From: Thermoplasmatota archaeon
GTDB taxonomy: Archaea > Thermoplasmatota > JAKEGO01
Direction: 5' to 3'
NCBI GenBank assembly: GCA_028279595.1
Contig: JANQNK010000001.1
Location: forward strand, 128,001-192,000
DNA: 64,000 bases
Position numbers and translations under genes: made by a program. Shown in pieces: positions 38,278 through 48,457 of this stretch. Every line of letters starts with the position of its first letter. The first letter of the stretch is position 1. Under the pieces are notes generated by a model. The model was not told the DNA's origin and searched no databases. It saw only the letters and a program-made list of their open reading frames with translations.

Positions 38278-40188
38278 ATGCCGCTGAAGCAAGTGTATCA
38301 GCAGGTAGAGGAAACTATAAAACAGATCGTCCCATCGACGGTCAAGATATCCAGCATCGAGTTCGAGGGACCCGTCATCGTCATCTACACGAAGACGGTC
38401 GGCGAGTTCGCCGACAACGGTGAACTGATCAAGAAGCTGGCACAGGCTCTCCGCCGGAGGGTCTCGATACGGCCCGATCCGTCAATCCTAGCGGACATGG
38501 ACACTGCGGACAAGGTCATCCGGGAACTGATATCCGAGGAGGCCGGGATCACCGACATTTTCTACCAGTACGACACCGGCGAGGTCATCATCGAGGTGAA
38601 GATGCCAGGTCTGGCCATCGGGAAGTTCGGCTCGACCCTCAACGAGATCAAGAAGAGGATCGGCTGGGCCCCGAAGGTCATCAGGACGCCCCCGATCGAG
38701 AGCAGGACCATAATGGACATCCGCGGATACCTGCGGAGCGTCGGCAAGGAGAGGCGCAAGTTCCTGAAGAAGGTCGGCGACAAGATCGTCCGGGGCACCG
38801 GCACGAAACAGAACTGGGTCCGCGTGACCACTCTTGGCGGTTTCAGGGAGGTCGGCCGGAGCTGTTCTCTCCTGTCAACGGCCAACAGCAAGGTGCTGAT
38901 TGACCTCGGCGTGAACGTTTCATCCGATGACAACGTCTCACCGTTCCTCAATGCACCAGAGGTCATGCCCCTGGACAGCATCGACGCCATCGTCCTGACC
39001 CACGCACATCTCGATCACTGCGGCCTCGTCCCGGTGATGTTCAAGTATGGATACGACGGCCCGGTCTACTGCACCCAACCGACGAGGGACCTCGCGGCGC
39101 TCCTGCAGCTCGATTACGTCAAGGTCGCGGCATCCGACACCAAGAAGACACCATACGATTCCGGAAACATCAGGGATGCGGTTACGCACACCATCACGCT
39201 CAAGTACGGGGAGACCACGGACATAACGCCCGACGTCCGGCTAACTCTCCACAACGCAGGCCATATCATAGGATCGTCCATCTGTCACTTCCATGTCGGG
39301 GACGGTCTCCACAACATCGCCTTCACGGGCGACATGAAGTACGAGAAGACACTGCTCTTCAACTCCGCCGTCAACAGGTTCCCGCGTCTCGAGACCCTCG
39401 TGATGGAATCGACCTATGGCGGCAGGAAGAGCATCCAGCCCTCGAGGAAGGAGGCCATCGACTCGCTCAAGACGGAGATCGCGCACACCCTCGACAGGGG
39501 AGGCAGTGTCCTCATCCCGGTGTTCGCGGTCGGCCGGAGCCAGGAGGTCATGCTCGTCCTCGAGCAGCTCATGCGTACGGACCAGATGAAGAAGGTGCCG
39601 ATCTACCTCGACGGTATGATATGGGAGGCCACCGCCATCCATACGGCATACCCCGAGTACCTGAACACCCAGCTCAGGAAGATGATCTTCCAGCAGAGCG
39701 ACAATCCGTTCCTTTCCGAGATCTTCGCCCGTGTGGACTCAGTCCAGATGCGGAACGAGATCAAGGAGTCCGAGGAGCAGTGCATCGTCCTCGCGACGGC
39801 CGGCATGCTCAACGGCGGCCCCGTCCTGGAGTACTTCAAGCAGTGGGCGCCGGACGAGAAGAACGGCATCATATTCGTCGGATACCAGGCCGAGGGCACC
39901 ATCGGAAGGAAGGTCCAGAGGGGATGGGAGGAGATCCCGCTCCAACACTACGGCTCCTCGCAGACCATCAAGGTCGGGATGAAGATCAGCACCGTCGACG
40001 GTTTTTCCGGACACTCGGACAGGAGACAGCTGATGAACTACATCCACAAGATGGACCCGAAGCCCGAGCGCATCATCATCGGCCACGGCGACGAGACGAA
40101 ATCCCACGACCTCGCCAGCTCGCTCTATCGCAGGTACGGTATCGAGACCCGCGTGCCGATGAACCTGGAGACCATCAGGTTCAGGTGA
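38278..40188 (+). CDS. fttA: Beta-CASP ribonuclease aCPSF1 / termination factor FttA
   Basis: Two KH domains, LGGFREVGRS, THAHLDH, AGHIIGS, ESTYG, DGFSGHSD, NLETIR; adjacent to psmB. Confidence 0.95.
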   Translation: MPLKQVYQQVEETIKQIVPSTVKISSIEFEGPVIVIYTKTVGEFADNGELIKKLAQALRRRVSIRPDPSILADMDTADKVIRELISEEAGITDIFYQYDTGEVIIEVKMPGLAIGKFGSTLNEIKKRIGWAPKVIRTPPIESRTIMDIRGYLRSVGKERRKFLKKVGDKIVRGTGTKQNWVRVTTLGGFREVGRSCSLLSTANSKVLIDLGVNVSSDDNVSPFLNAPEVMPLDSIDAIVLTHAHLDHCGLVPVMFKYGYDGPVYCTQPTRDLAALLQLDYVKVAASDTKKTPYDSGNIRDAVTHTITLKYGETTDITPDVRLTLHNAGHIIGSSICHFHVGDGLHNIAFTGDMKYEKTLLFNSAVNRFPRLETLVMESTYGGRKSIQPSRKEAIDSLKTEIAHTLDRGGSVLIPVFAVGRSQEVMLVLEQLMRTDQMKKVPIYLDGMIWEATAIHTAYPEYLNTQLRKMIFQQSDNPFLSEIFARVDSVQMRNEIKESEEQCIVLATAGMLNGGPVLEYFKQWAPDEKNGIIFVGYQAEGTIGRKVQRGWEEIPLQHYGSSQTIKVGMKISTVDGFSGHSDRRQLMNYIHKMDPKPERIIIGHGDETKSHDLASSLYRRYGIETRVPMNLETIRFR

Positions 40189-40253
40189 TGTCCGATGTCG
40201 GTCAATGATCCGGCAGGAACCTGGTTTACCTATAGTTCCCGGAGGCTGGGCCA

Positions 40254-41144
40254 TTGAGCTGGTACGGGATCAAGTACAACCAGATAATCCGCAGGACAGC
40301 GAGGACGCTCTACAGGAAGAACGAAGGCCACCGGGTCCTCGACGAGGACTGGGACCACATGATCCTCCTCGACGCCTGCCGCTACGACATGTTCCACGAG
40401 GCGGACAAGGCCGGAAAGGTCACCCTCGGGGGGAAGCTGGAATCGCGCATCTCCCGGGGCAGCACCACCGAGGAATGGCTCAGGGAGAACTTCGATCCCG
40501 AGAGGAAGTACGATGACATCGTCTACATCTCATCAAATCCCCACATCGAGAAGTATTTCGGCAAGGCGTTCCACGGGATACATTCCGTATGGATCGACGG
40601 GTGGGACGACGAGGTCCACACGGTCCTTCCCGAGACCATGGTGAAGCGCGCCCTCAGGGCGTACCGGGAGAATCCGGACAAACGTCTCATCATCCATTTC
40701 ATCCAGCCGCATTTCCCGTTCATACCCCTCGGCTCGGTCGGCGACCTCGGGCTCGAGAAGTTCCGCGAGGCGGTCATCGAGGGCGAGGACGAGTTCGACA
40801 ACCCCACGATCTGGAGGCTCCTCGAGGAGGGGAAGGTCTCCCGGAAGGACGTCGAGTGGGGCTACAGGAAGAACCTCGAGGCCGTTCTCCCGCAAGCCGA
40901 GGAGCTGGCGCGAGCTCTGAAGGGCCGCATCGTCATCACGAGCGATCATGGTAATGCGATGGGAGAACGCTTTCATCCGATAATACCCATGAGGATCTAC
41001 GGCCATCACTGGAGCATCAGGATAGACGGCCTGGTGAAGGTCCCGTGGTACGTGTACGAAAGCAAGGGAAGGGACCAGGACAGCATCGAGAAGGACGTCC
41101 TGGACGACAAGATCTCATCCCTGATCAAGGACAAGTTGATATGA
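40254..41144 (+). CDS. Alkaline phosphatase/sulfatase superfamily protein
   Basis: ILLDACRYD, SRGSTT.EW, HFIQPHFPF, ITSDHG...GE, GH, VPW. Confidence 0.75.
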   Translation: MSWYGIKYNQIIRRTARTLYRKNEGHRVLDEDWDHMILLDACRYDMFHEADKAGKVTLGGKLESRISRGSTTEEWLRENFDPERKYDDIVYISSNPHIEKYFGKAFHGIHSVWIDGWDDEVHTVLPETMVKRALRAYRENPDKRLIIHFIQPHFPFIPLGSVGDLGLEKFREAVIEGEDEFDNPTIWRLLEEGKVSRKDVEWGYRKNLEAVLPQAEELARALKGRIVITSDHGNAMGERFHPIIPMRIYGHHWSIRIDGLVKVPWYVYESKGRDQDSIEKDVLDDKISSLIKDKLI

Positions 41145-42238
41145 TGAAGGTGGCGAACGGCATACTGGAAGGCGAATACGGAGGCGTCAACCAGCACATG
41201 CTGAACATACAGCGCCATTCACGTTTCAAGCCCGATCTCCTCAAGACCTCGCCATGGTCCTTCTATCTCAGCAAGAACAAGTTCAAGGAGGGCATAGCGA
41301 AGTACTTCCTTAGGCGGTTCCGCATCGTCGGCCTCGACATTCCCGGAAACCGTCTGGCCAAGAGGGCATCCCGTGACTACGACATCGTTCACCTTCACGG
41401 CCACCCGTGGTGGCCCGAGGCTTTCAGAAGGCCCTCGGAAAGGAAGGCGAAGTACGTTCACACAGTCCACCAGGTCTACCGGCGGGAGGACTTTGCGGAC
41501 GACAGGGAATGGGATTACGCCCGGTACATGAACGGTCTCATGCTCGAGGCCATGAACGACTCGGAGGCCGTGATCTCCGTTGCCGAGTGGCAGATGCCCG
41601 CCATAGAGAAGCTCGGTTCCAAGTCCATATACATCCCCAACGGTACCAACACCGAGGTGTTCGAGAACGGTGACGGCGCATCCTTCAGGAAGAAGTACGG
41701 GATCGACGATGACTTCTTCCTCTTCGCGGGACGGCCGTCCAAGTACAAGAGGCCGGAACACGTCGTGAACCTGGCAAAGCGACACAAGGACATCCGGTTC
41801 GTCATGATAGGCACCGGTGTCACGACCGAGAAGATGGCCAGGTACATGGATGAACCAATACCAAAGAACGTCACCTGCCTCGGCGAGATACCCTTCGAGG
41901 ACGTGATAAACGGGATGTCGGCATGCAGGGTGTTCCTTCTTCCCAGCATGAACGACACCTTCCCGACCGTCGTCATGGAAGCGATGGCCGCTGGCAAGCC
42001 GGTGGTCGCCTCGGACAACGCCGGTCCGAAGGAGATACTCCGCGACGGCGTCGACGGCCAGCTCTTCAAGCCCGACGACCTCGACAGCATCGGATCCGCT
42101 GCAATGAAGGCATGGGACAACCCCGCACTCGGCGATAACGGGCGGGTACGGGTCAAGGAGAGGTTCGACTGGAAGGTCATCACCCCGCAGATCGACGAGG
42201 TCTACGAGAAGGTATTCTCCGGTGAGAGCGTCCACTGA
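41141..42238 (+). CDS. Glycosyltransferase family 4
   Basis: IPNG, FAGR...KR, LPS..DTFP.V.MEAMAAGKPVVAS. Confidence 0.9.
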   Translation: MMKVANGILEGEYGGVNQHMLNIQRHSRFKPDLLKTSPWSFYLSKNKFKEGIAKYFLRRFRIVGLDIPGNRLAKRASRDYDIVHLHGHPWWPEAFRRPSERKAKYVHTVHQVYRREDFADDREWDYARYMNGLMLEAMNDSEAVISVAEWQMPAIEKLGSKSIYIPNGTNTEVFENGDGASFRKKYGIDDDFFLFAGRPSKYKRPEHVVNLAKRHKDIRFVMIGTGVTTEKMARYMDEPIPKNVTCLGEIPFEDVINGMSACRVFLLPSMNDTFPTVVMEAMAAGKPVVASDNAGPKEILRDGVDGQLFKPDDLDSIGSAAMKAWDNPALGDNGRVRVKERFDWKVITPQIDEVYEKVFSGESVH

Positions 42239-42273
42239 GATGGATAGTTCCGATACGAATTCTCAGATCGAGG

Positions 42274-43146
42274 TCAACTGCGCAGCGAGCCTAGAGTGGT
42301 ATTCCTCTCAGCGAAGGCGCTGTGCTTGTGGATCGACTCCTCGCTCTCGGACTGGGCGATCACACTGACCTCGTCGGGGAGGTCGGAGAACCGCTCGACG
42401 ACGGTTGCCAGGATGTCCCTGACGACGTCCTCGACGAACTTCGGGTTCATGTGCGAGTCCAATATGATCTCGGCCTCGTCCTGCCGCTTGAGTATCTCAT
42501 GGGTCGGAGCGCTGACCGAGCTCTCGAGGATATCAATGAGCTCGTCGGCCTCGATATCGCTTCCCTCCGGTATGTCCATGAACAATCTGGCCACATTTCG
42601 CTGGTTGTGTGTGAGCCAGAGCTCCGGCGGGGCGTATCCCAGCTTCTCCTCGGTGAGCTTCCTGGTCGTCTCCATCCCGCACGGGCAGGCGGTTATCCCG
42701 ATGGCCTCCACGCCGATGGTCCTTGACACCGGGCCATCGCGCTCCGCGACCGCCTTCGTCATGAGCCTGTAGTTCTCAAGGCACTTCGCCCCGGAGGGCG
42801 ATGCCCTCTCGAGGAAGTAGGTACAGTCGAACATGACCTCGGAATATGTGGCGTAGTCGTGCCTGTCCAGCAGGTCCTTCGCCATCATCCCAGCGAGCTC
42901 CTCGATGCTCCCGACCTCCTGCCTGACGCCGAGGTCGAGCACCTCGTTGATGGACTCAATGTTCCTGGACATGTGGACGCCCCGGAGCGTGGATGGAAGG
43001 TCCACGTAGGCGTCGATAGATAGGACCAGCGGAACCCTCCTGTCGGGTCTGACCACCTCTATGGGCTTCTTGACCCCCTTGACCCCGACACGGGTGAGCT
43101 TGAACTCCCCCTCGATCCGTCTGCTCTGTACGTCCGGTAGCTCCAT
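42274..43146 (-). CDS. mptA: GTP cyclohydrolase MptA (FolE2 family)
   Basis: LPDVQ, LTRVGV, RGVHMSR, TACPC, THNQR, LKR.DE, NPKFVEDVVR, ESIHKHSA. Confidence 0.93.
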   Translation of the reverse strand: MELPDVQSRRIEGEFKLTRVGVKGVKKPIEVVRPDRRVPLVLSIDAYVDLPSTLRGVHMSRNIESINEVLDLGVRQEVGSIEELAGMMAKDLLDRHDYATYSEVMFDCTYFLERASPSGAKCLENYRLMTKAVAERDGPVSRTIGVEAIGITACPCGMETTRKLTEEKLGYAPPELWLTHNQRNVARLFMDIPEGSDIEADELIDILESSVSAPTHEILKRQDEAEIILDSHMNPKFVEDVVRDILATVVERFSDLPDEVSVIAQSESEESIHKHSAFAERNTTLGSLRS

Positions 43147-43193
43147 GGTAGGGTCGAGAAGGGCTTCCGTATTAAAAACTTGTTCCGCCCGGT

Positions 43194-44033
43194 TCAGCGC
43201 TCCAGCTGGAACATGGTCTCCGATCGTACGAGGCCGATCCAGAGGTAGTACAGCTGGGCCAGTCTCATCCTGAGGAGCTTTCCCTCGTGGAACTCCATCG
43301 TCTTCTTGACTCCGTCCAGCACATACCACGCCGAGTTCCGCAGAAGCAGCTCCCGCATGAACCGCCCCGTCGAGATATCCCCCCTCGACAGGAGCCATTT
43401 CAGGCCCGCCGAATGCCAGCCAGGTTTCCTGATGAAGGTCTCCCAACTCTCGTGGTGGTCGACGAAGACGGGAACGTGGAGCCATTCCAGGCCTTCGGCG
43501 ACGACGGCCTGGGTGATAAGCATGTCCTCGAAGGCGTTCACGCTCTCGATGTCCGCCTTCAGTGCGACCTCTCGAAGGACCAGCGTGTTGTCCGTGAATC
43601 CCCGGTCCCCAGCCCCCTTCCTCAGCGGACCGTCCGCGAACGCTCCTTTCATGGTAGCCCGGTGAGCGCTCCTGTAGGGCTCCCAGTCGGGAAGCTTGTC
43701 CCCGTGGATCCCGCCCGTCCTGTCATCCATGAACTTCAGTAAGCGTGAGAACCAGTCCCTGCAGAGTACGACATCGCTGTCCACGAAACCGATCCACTCG
43801 GTCCTCGCCTCGAGAAGGCCGGTCCTCCGAGCCGATCCAAGGGAGGCGGTGTCCTTCAGTATGACGCAGCCGTGCCTCTCAGCGATGTCCAGCGTCCCGT
43901 CGGTGCTCTCGTTGTCGACGATAATGATCCGGTCAGGGTTCCCGTGGGCCACGATGGAGGCCAGGCTGCTGTCCAGCGTCTTGGCGGAGTTCCAGGTCGG
44001 AACGATGTAGTCCACCTTTCCGGCGGGAGGCAT
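43194..44033 (-). CDS. Glycosyltransferase family 2
   Basis: IVPTWNS, IVDNESTDGT, FVDSD (DxD). Confidence 0.9.
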   Translation of the reverse strand: MPPAGKVDYIVPTWNSAKTLDSSLASIVAHGNPDRIIIVDNESTDGTLDIAERHGCVILKDTASLGSARRTGLLEARTEWIGFVDSDVVLCRDWFSRLLKFMDDRTGGIHGDKLPDWEPYRSAHRATMKGAFADGPLRKGAGDRGFTDNTLVLREVALKADIESVNAFEDMLITQAVVAEGLEWLHVPVFVDHHESWETFIRKPGWHSAGLKWLLSRGDISTGRFMRELLLRNSAWYVLDGVKKTMEFHEGKLLRMRLAQLYYLWIGLVRSETMFQLER

Positions 44034-44255
44034 CGGTCCGAGAGCGCCATCTGGCGTTAAAGAGTTTTCCGATGTCTGACACTAGCGCTCGACGGCACCC
44101 TGGGGGGCCGTCAACGCGTATCACCAATGCCGGATGCACCGTGGAACGACATCGGATCCACCGTCGTTGCGAGCGTCTGGCCCCGATCCGAACGCCAGAC
44201 TGGCCAGGATCGGGCCATGCAAAGGATTAAAATAGGATGTCTCTATCGTCGTGCA

Positions 44256-44782
44256 TGGAGGAAGCCGCAGCTCCAGAGGACTCCAGCGGTCTCTACGAGG
44301 AGACCCGGATCTACACGATAAAGACGACCATCGGTCAGGAGAGGAACGTAGCTGACGCCATCGAGGTCAGGTCGGGGGACAACGACGAGATCGTCGCCCT
44401 GCTCTCGCCCATGGGCCTTAGGGGCTACATATTCCTGGAGGGTTTCGATCCCCGTATCATCGAGACGATGATCTACGGGATCAAGCACTGCCGCGGTATC
44501 GTCAAGAGGCGCGTCCACGATGGCGGCAAGAACGTGGAGGAATACGGCGAGACGCCGCTCCGCGAGATCGAGCCGTTCCTGACACCGAAGCCGCTCACGA
44601 CCGGTATCAACGCCGGCGATATCGTCGAGCTCGTTGCCGGGCCGTTCAAGGGCGAGCGCGGCCGCGTCAAGCAGATCGACATGGAGAAGGAGGAGATCAC
44701 CGTGGAGCTCATCGAGGCTCTTGTGCCGATCCCCGTCACCGTCCGTGGCGATCATGTAAGGGTCCTCGAGAAGGAGGTCTGA
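44256..44782 (+). CDS. spt5: Transcription elongation factor Spt5 (NusG family)
   Basis: KTTIGQE..VA, LRGYIF.E, KOW motif GDIVELVAGPFKGE; TATA-like TTAAAATA about 25 nt before ATG 44256. Confidence 0.95.
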
Positions 44783-44810
44783 GGCACCGCTCCGCCAGGG
44801 GACTGGACCC

Positions 44811-46145
44811 ATGGTCAACGTGATACTCCTCACGGTCGATTCCCTCAGGGCCGACCATCTCGGTTGTTACGGGTATCACAGGAACACCACCCCCAACATC
44901 GACAAGCTTGCGAGCGAGGGCACGGTCTACACGAACGCCTTTGCCCAGGCCGGCAATACGGCATGCTCCTTCCTCTCGCTCATCGGTGGGATCTATCCCA
45001 TCGCCAGCGACTCCTTCACGGACTACGAGCCGTTCTATCCGGTGCATCCGGACCACTTTTCGACGATAGCCACCCCGTTCAAGGGCGCTGGATACCGGAC
45101 CCTCGGGTTCCACACTAATCCCAATCTCTCGACCCATTGCGGGTACTCCAAGGGCTTCGACCTCTTCAGCGACGGTTTCCGGCCATCAGATGACGGTTCC
45201 GGGGGCCAGGCGGACCACCGATACGGGCGCAAGAAGAAGCTCCGCGCGAGGATCGAGCGGAAGATCGCTGGCACTCCTCTATTTCCGCTGGCCACGGCGG
45301 TACGGGACATGATGCGTCCGCTGAACTCGCTCCATGTCACTGCGGACGACATGAACACAATGGCCCTGACCGAGCTGAAGAAGGGCGAGGGCGATTTCTT
45401 CCTTTGGGTCCACTACATGGACGTGCATGTTCCCTACATCCCACCCAGGAAGGATTACGTCGAGGTCACGGGAGAGAGGATCGGACAGTACCGCCTCAAC
45501 AGACTGTCCCGCAGCATGTATGACAACCTCCATCATCCTGACAGGATCAAGAGGCGCGAGGAGCTCCTCGGCCTCTACGACGCCGTCATCCTCGGCCTCG
45601 ACCGGGCCGTCGGCTCGCTCGTCAGACAGCTGAAGGAGGCTGACCTGTACGACGACACGATAATAGCGGTAACCGCGGACCACGGGGACGAGTTCTTCGA
45701 GCACGGGGGCGTGGGACACGGCCTCAGGTTCCACGACGAACTGCTCCATGTGCCCCTGGTGATCAAGGGTGTCGGTTCCGGCAAGGACGACCGGATGTTC
45801 GGACTCGTCGACCTTCCACCAACACTTGCCAAGGCCGCGGGCATCGACGCCGCCTCGGATTTCATGGGCCTACCCGACGCCGAGGGCAGGAAGATGGTCT
45901 TCTCGGGCTCCCGGCACAAGGGCGAGACCATCATCTCGATCCGGACCGCGAAGGCGAAGTTCATCTGGAACGTCACCGCGGACATGGTAGAGTTCTTCGA
46001 CCTCGAGAAGGACCCGGGTGAGAAGGTGAACATCGCGAGGAAGAGCAAGGACGCCGTCGAGACCTTCCGCGAGATGGCGAACCTCCACATGCAGCAGGTG
46101 GAGGAGGCACGCATAAGGGCCGTGGTCGATTCCGGCCTCAAGTAG
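44811..46145 (+). CDS. Sulfatase-like hydrolase/transferase (AlkP superfamily)
   Basis: VILLTVDSLRADHLG, TPNID.LA, HYMDVH.PY, ADHGDEF.EHG..GH, FFDL..DPGE; no C/S-x-P-x-R motif. Confidence 0.85.
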   Translation: MVNVILLTVDSLRADHLGCYGYHRNTTPNIDKLASEGTVYTNAFAQAGNTACSFLSLIGGIYPIASDSFTDYEPFYPVHPDHFSTIATPFKGAGYRTLGFHTNPNLSTHCGYSKGFDLFSDGFRPSDDGSGGQADHRYGRKKKLRARIERKIAGTPLFPLATAVRDMMRPLNSLHVTADDMNTMALTELKKGEGDFFLWVHYMDVHVPYIPPRKDYVEVTGERIGQYRLNRLSRSMYDNLHHPDRIKRREELLGLYDAVILGLDRAVGSLVRQLKEADLYDDTIIAVTADHGDEFFEHGGVGHGLRFHDELLHVPLVIKGVGSGKDDRMFGLVDLPPTLAKAAGIDAASDFMGLPDAEGRKMVFSGSRHKGETIISIRTAKAKFIWNVTADMVEFFDLEKDPGEKVNIARKSKDAVETFREMANLHMQQVEEARIRAVVDSGLK

Positions 46146-46250
46146 TGAAAATGGCCGTTTTTCACCCCCTCTGGGTCCCAAATCCAATCCACGGTCGAAA
46201 TTATTTTATACTAAACGAATGTAACCCCGGAACAGAGGGGGGTAACCTCG

Positions 46251-46427
46251 ATGGAAGAAAGGATGTGCAGCATCGAACTCCTGAAGAGAGATGACAGCTT
46301 CGTTGCAAGGGTAGTCTCGCAGCTCGGTGGTAAGCGGGAGTACAAGAGCAAGGGCTTCGAGAACCTCCTCGAGCAGATATTCTTCGACCTCCGAGAGGAG
46401 TTTCAGGAAGAGTTCGAGGTCATCTGA
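46251..46427 (+). CDS. Small 58-aa hypothetical protein (not in the ORF track)
   Basis: MEERMCSIELLKRDDSFVARVVSQLGGKREYKSKGFENLLEQIFFDLREEFQEEFEVI; TATA-like TTTTATA and G-rich SD upstream; host-like codons. Confidence 0.7.
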   Translation: MEERMCSIELLKRDDSFVARVVSQLGGKREYKSKGFENLLEQIFFDLREEFQEEFEVI

Positions 46428-47338
46428 TCCCGATAGTTCAGGGTGAACTCGTCAAGGTCGTCCGGTATCGAAGTATTCTCGAACACCGATCTCGCCTCCG
46501 TCAGCATGGGCTCCGGGTCCCTGTACCTTGGACTCAGATGCACAAGGAACAGGTGGCGCACGTCGGAGTCCGCTGCCAACCTTGCGGCATCGACCGCCGT
46601 CGAGTGACCGTAGCGATGGGCCTTCTCCTCGAGCTCCTCCATCATCGTGGCCTCGTGGATGAGCGCGTCGGCGTCGACCGCCGCCTTGGCCAGGGCCTCC
46701 GTCGGCCTGGTGTCTCCTGAATAGACGATCTTCAACCCGGGTCTCTTGGGACCGACGACCATATCGCTCGTGACGACCCTGCCGTCCACCTCGACGTCCT
46801 CACCCTCGTGCAATCTCTTGAACAGGGGTCCCGGGGGAACACCGAGCTCCTCCGCCCTCGGCCTGTCGAAACGTCCCGGACGTTCGTCCTCCTGCAGGAC
46901 GAAGCCGAGGGTCGGCACCGAGTGGTCCACGTTGAAGGCCCGGACCGTGTACCTGTCGAAGCGGACCTCGTCGCCGTCCTCCATCTCCTTCACCACCACC
47001 GGGAAGGTGAGGCCGAAATATCCGGTCTTCGAGAGGTTCTTCAGCGACCTGATGGTCCCGGGCGGACCGAATATCTGGAGCTCCTCCTCCCTGTCGTTGA
47101 GCCCCATCGACTGCATCATGCCCGCGAGTCCCAGGAAATGGTCGCCATGGAAGTGTGAGATGAAGACCTTGGTGATGGCCATGAAGCTGAGGTTCGAGCG
47201 CATGAGCTGTCTCTGAGTGCCCTCTCCGCAATCGAACAGCACCACCTGGCCGTCGAGCCGCAGACCTATGGATAATACGTTCCTCTCGCTAGATGGCCAG
47301 CTTCCGCCCGTACCCAGGAAGGTTATCTCGATGGGCAT
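46403..47338 (-). CDS. rnz: Ribonuclease Z
   Basis: FLGTGG..P...RN, DCGEGTQ, SHFHGDH, GP-rich exosite, SGDT, HEAT, GHST, HLSPRY. Confidence 0.96.
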   Translation of the reverse strand: MPIEITFLGTGGSWPSSERNVLSIGLRLDGQVVLFDCGEGTQRQLMRSNLSFMAITKVFISHFHGDHFLGLAGMMQSMGLNDREEELQIFGPPGTIRSLKNLSKTGYFGLTFPVVVKEMEDGDEVRFDRYTVRAFNVDHSVPTLGFVLQEDERPGRFDRPRAEELGVPPGPLFKRLHEGEDVEVDGRVVTSDMVVGPKRPGLKIVYSGDTRPTEALAKAAVDADALIHEATMMEELEEKAHRYGHSTAVDAARLAADSDVRHLFLVHLSPRYRDPEPMLTEARSVFENTSIPDDLDEFTLNYRDQMTSNSS

Positions 47339-47345
47339 GGTCCGA

Positions 47346-47633
47346 TTACCACTTGTACTTCTCGTACTCCTCGCCCTCCGGCGACTCGCGCCTGAGGGTC
47401 ACCCTTGGCGGGAAGTACTTCAGTATGATTATGTCTCCGACGGCCTGCACCCACCTGAACGGGATGTTCAGGTTCGCCGACTCCTCCACCAGCGTCGGGT
47501 TCGTGTTGCTCACGAAAAGTCCGTTGATCTTGTTGTTCGTGACATCGAGTACGACGTTGTTCACATCGCCTAGGTATATACCTTCCTTAGTGTACACGGG
47601 CAGTCCTATCAGATCCGTTACAAGCTCGAGCAT
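47346..47633 (-). CDS. PRC-barrel domain protein
   Basis: LIGLPVYT..G.YLG.V, IPFRWVQAVGDIIIL. Confidence 0.9.
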   Translation of the reverse strand: MLELVTDLIGLPVYTKEGIYLGDVNNVVLDVTNNKINGLFVSNTNPTLVEESANLNIPFRWVQAVGDIIILKYFPPRVTLRRESPEGEEYEKYKW

Positions 47634-47804
47634 CAGTATCCCTCACTGGGTCTGCCGGGGGTATCTTCCGAGGTCCATATAAACCCTTTCATTTATGCCG
47701 ATTTCTGCAGAAAAACGGCGGTTCAAATTTCCCGGACCGGTCCGAAAGTCCCGTTTTCCGCAACAGGCGTCGGTGTTTTATAGAGTCTCGTCATTCGACC
47801 ATTC

Positions 47805-48452
47805 ATGGTAATGGTCGCGCCATCGATCCTGTCCGCGGATTTCTCGCGCCTCGGGGACGAGGTCAAGGCGATCGAGAAGGGCGGCGCCGACATGGTCCAC
47901 ATAGACGTGATGGACGGACACTTCGTGCCCAACCTCACCTTCGGAGCACCCATAGTCAAGTGGATACGACCAGTGACGGACCTTCCCTTCGACTGTCATC
48001 TGATGGTCGCGAAGCCCGCGAAGTTCCTGGCCGATTTCAAGAAGGCTGGAGCTGATTACGTTACAGTGCACGTCGAGTCCGAAGGGTGGAGGGACGCCAT
48101 CGAGACCATCAGGGACATGGGGATGAAGCCGGGCGTCTCGCTCAACCCGGACACCCCGCTGGTGAGCGTGATGGACGTACTCGACAAGGTCGACCTGCTT
48201 CTGATAATGACCGTCAATCCTGGCTTTGCGGGTCAGGGGTTCATGTCCGAGGTCGTGAGCAAGGTCAGGAAGGCCAGCATCCTGAAGAGCGGTGAGGGCT
48301 ATCGTTACATCCTGAGCGTTGACGGCGGCATCAAGCCCTCGAACGTCGGAGAGGTCATCGACGCGGGGGCCGACATGGTCGTCGCAGGGTCCGCGGTCTA
48401 TGGTTCCGATGATATCAGGGGTGCGATAAGGGCGCTGAAATCCGCACGATAG
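47805..48452 (+). CDS. rpe: Ribulose-phosphate 3-epimerase
   Basis: APSILSADF, HIDVMDGHFVPN, DCHLM, MTVNPGFAGQ, VDGGI. Confidence 0.97.
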   Translation: MVMVAPSILSADFSRLGDEVKAIEKGGADMVHIDVMDGHFVPNLTFGAPIVKWIRPVTDLPFDCHLMVAKPAKFLADFKKAGADYVTVHVESEGWRDAIETIRDMGMKPGVSLNPDTPLVSVMDVLDKVDLLLIMTVNPGFAGQGFMSEVVSKVRKASILKSGEGYRYILSVDGGIKPSNVGEVIDAGADMVVAGSAVYGSDDIRGAIRALKSAR

Positions 48453-48457
48453 GTGAC

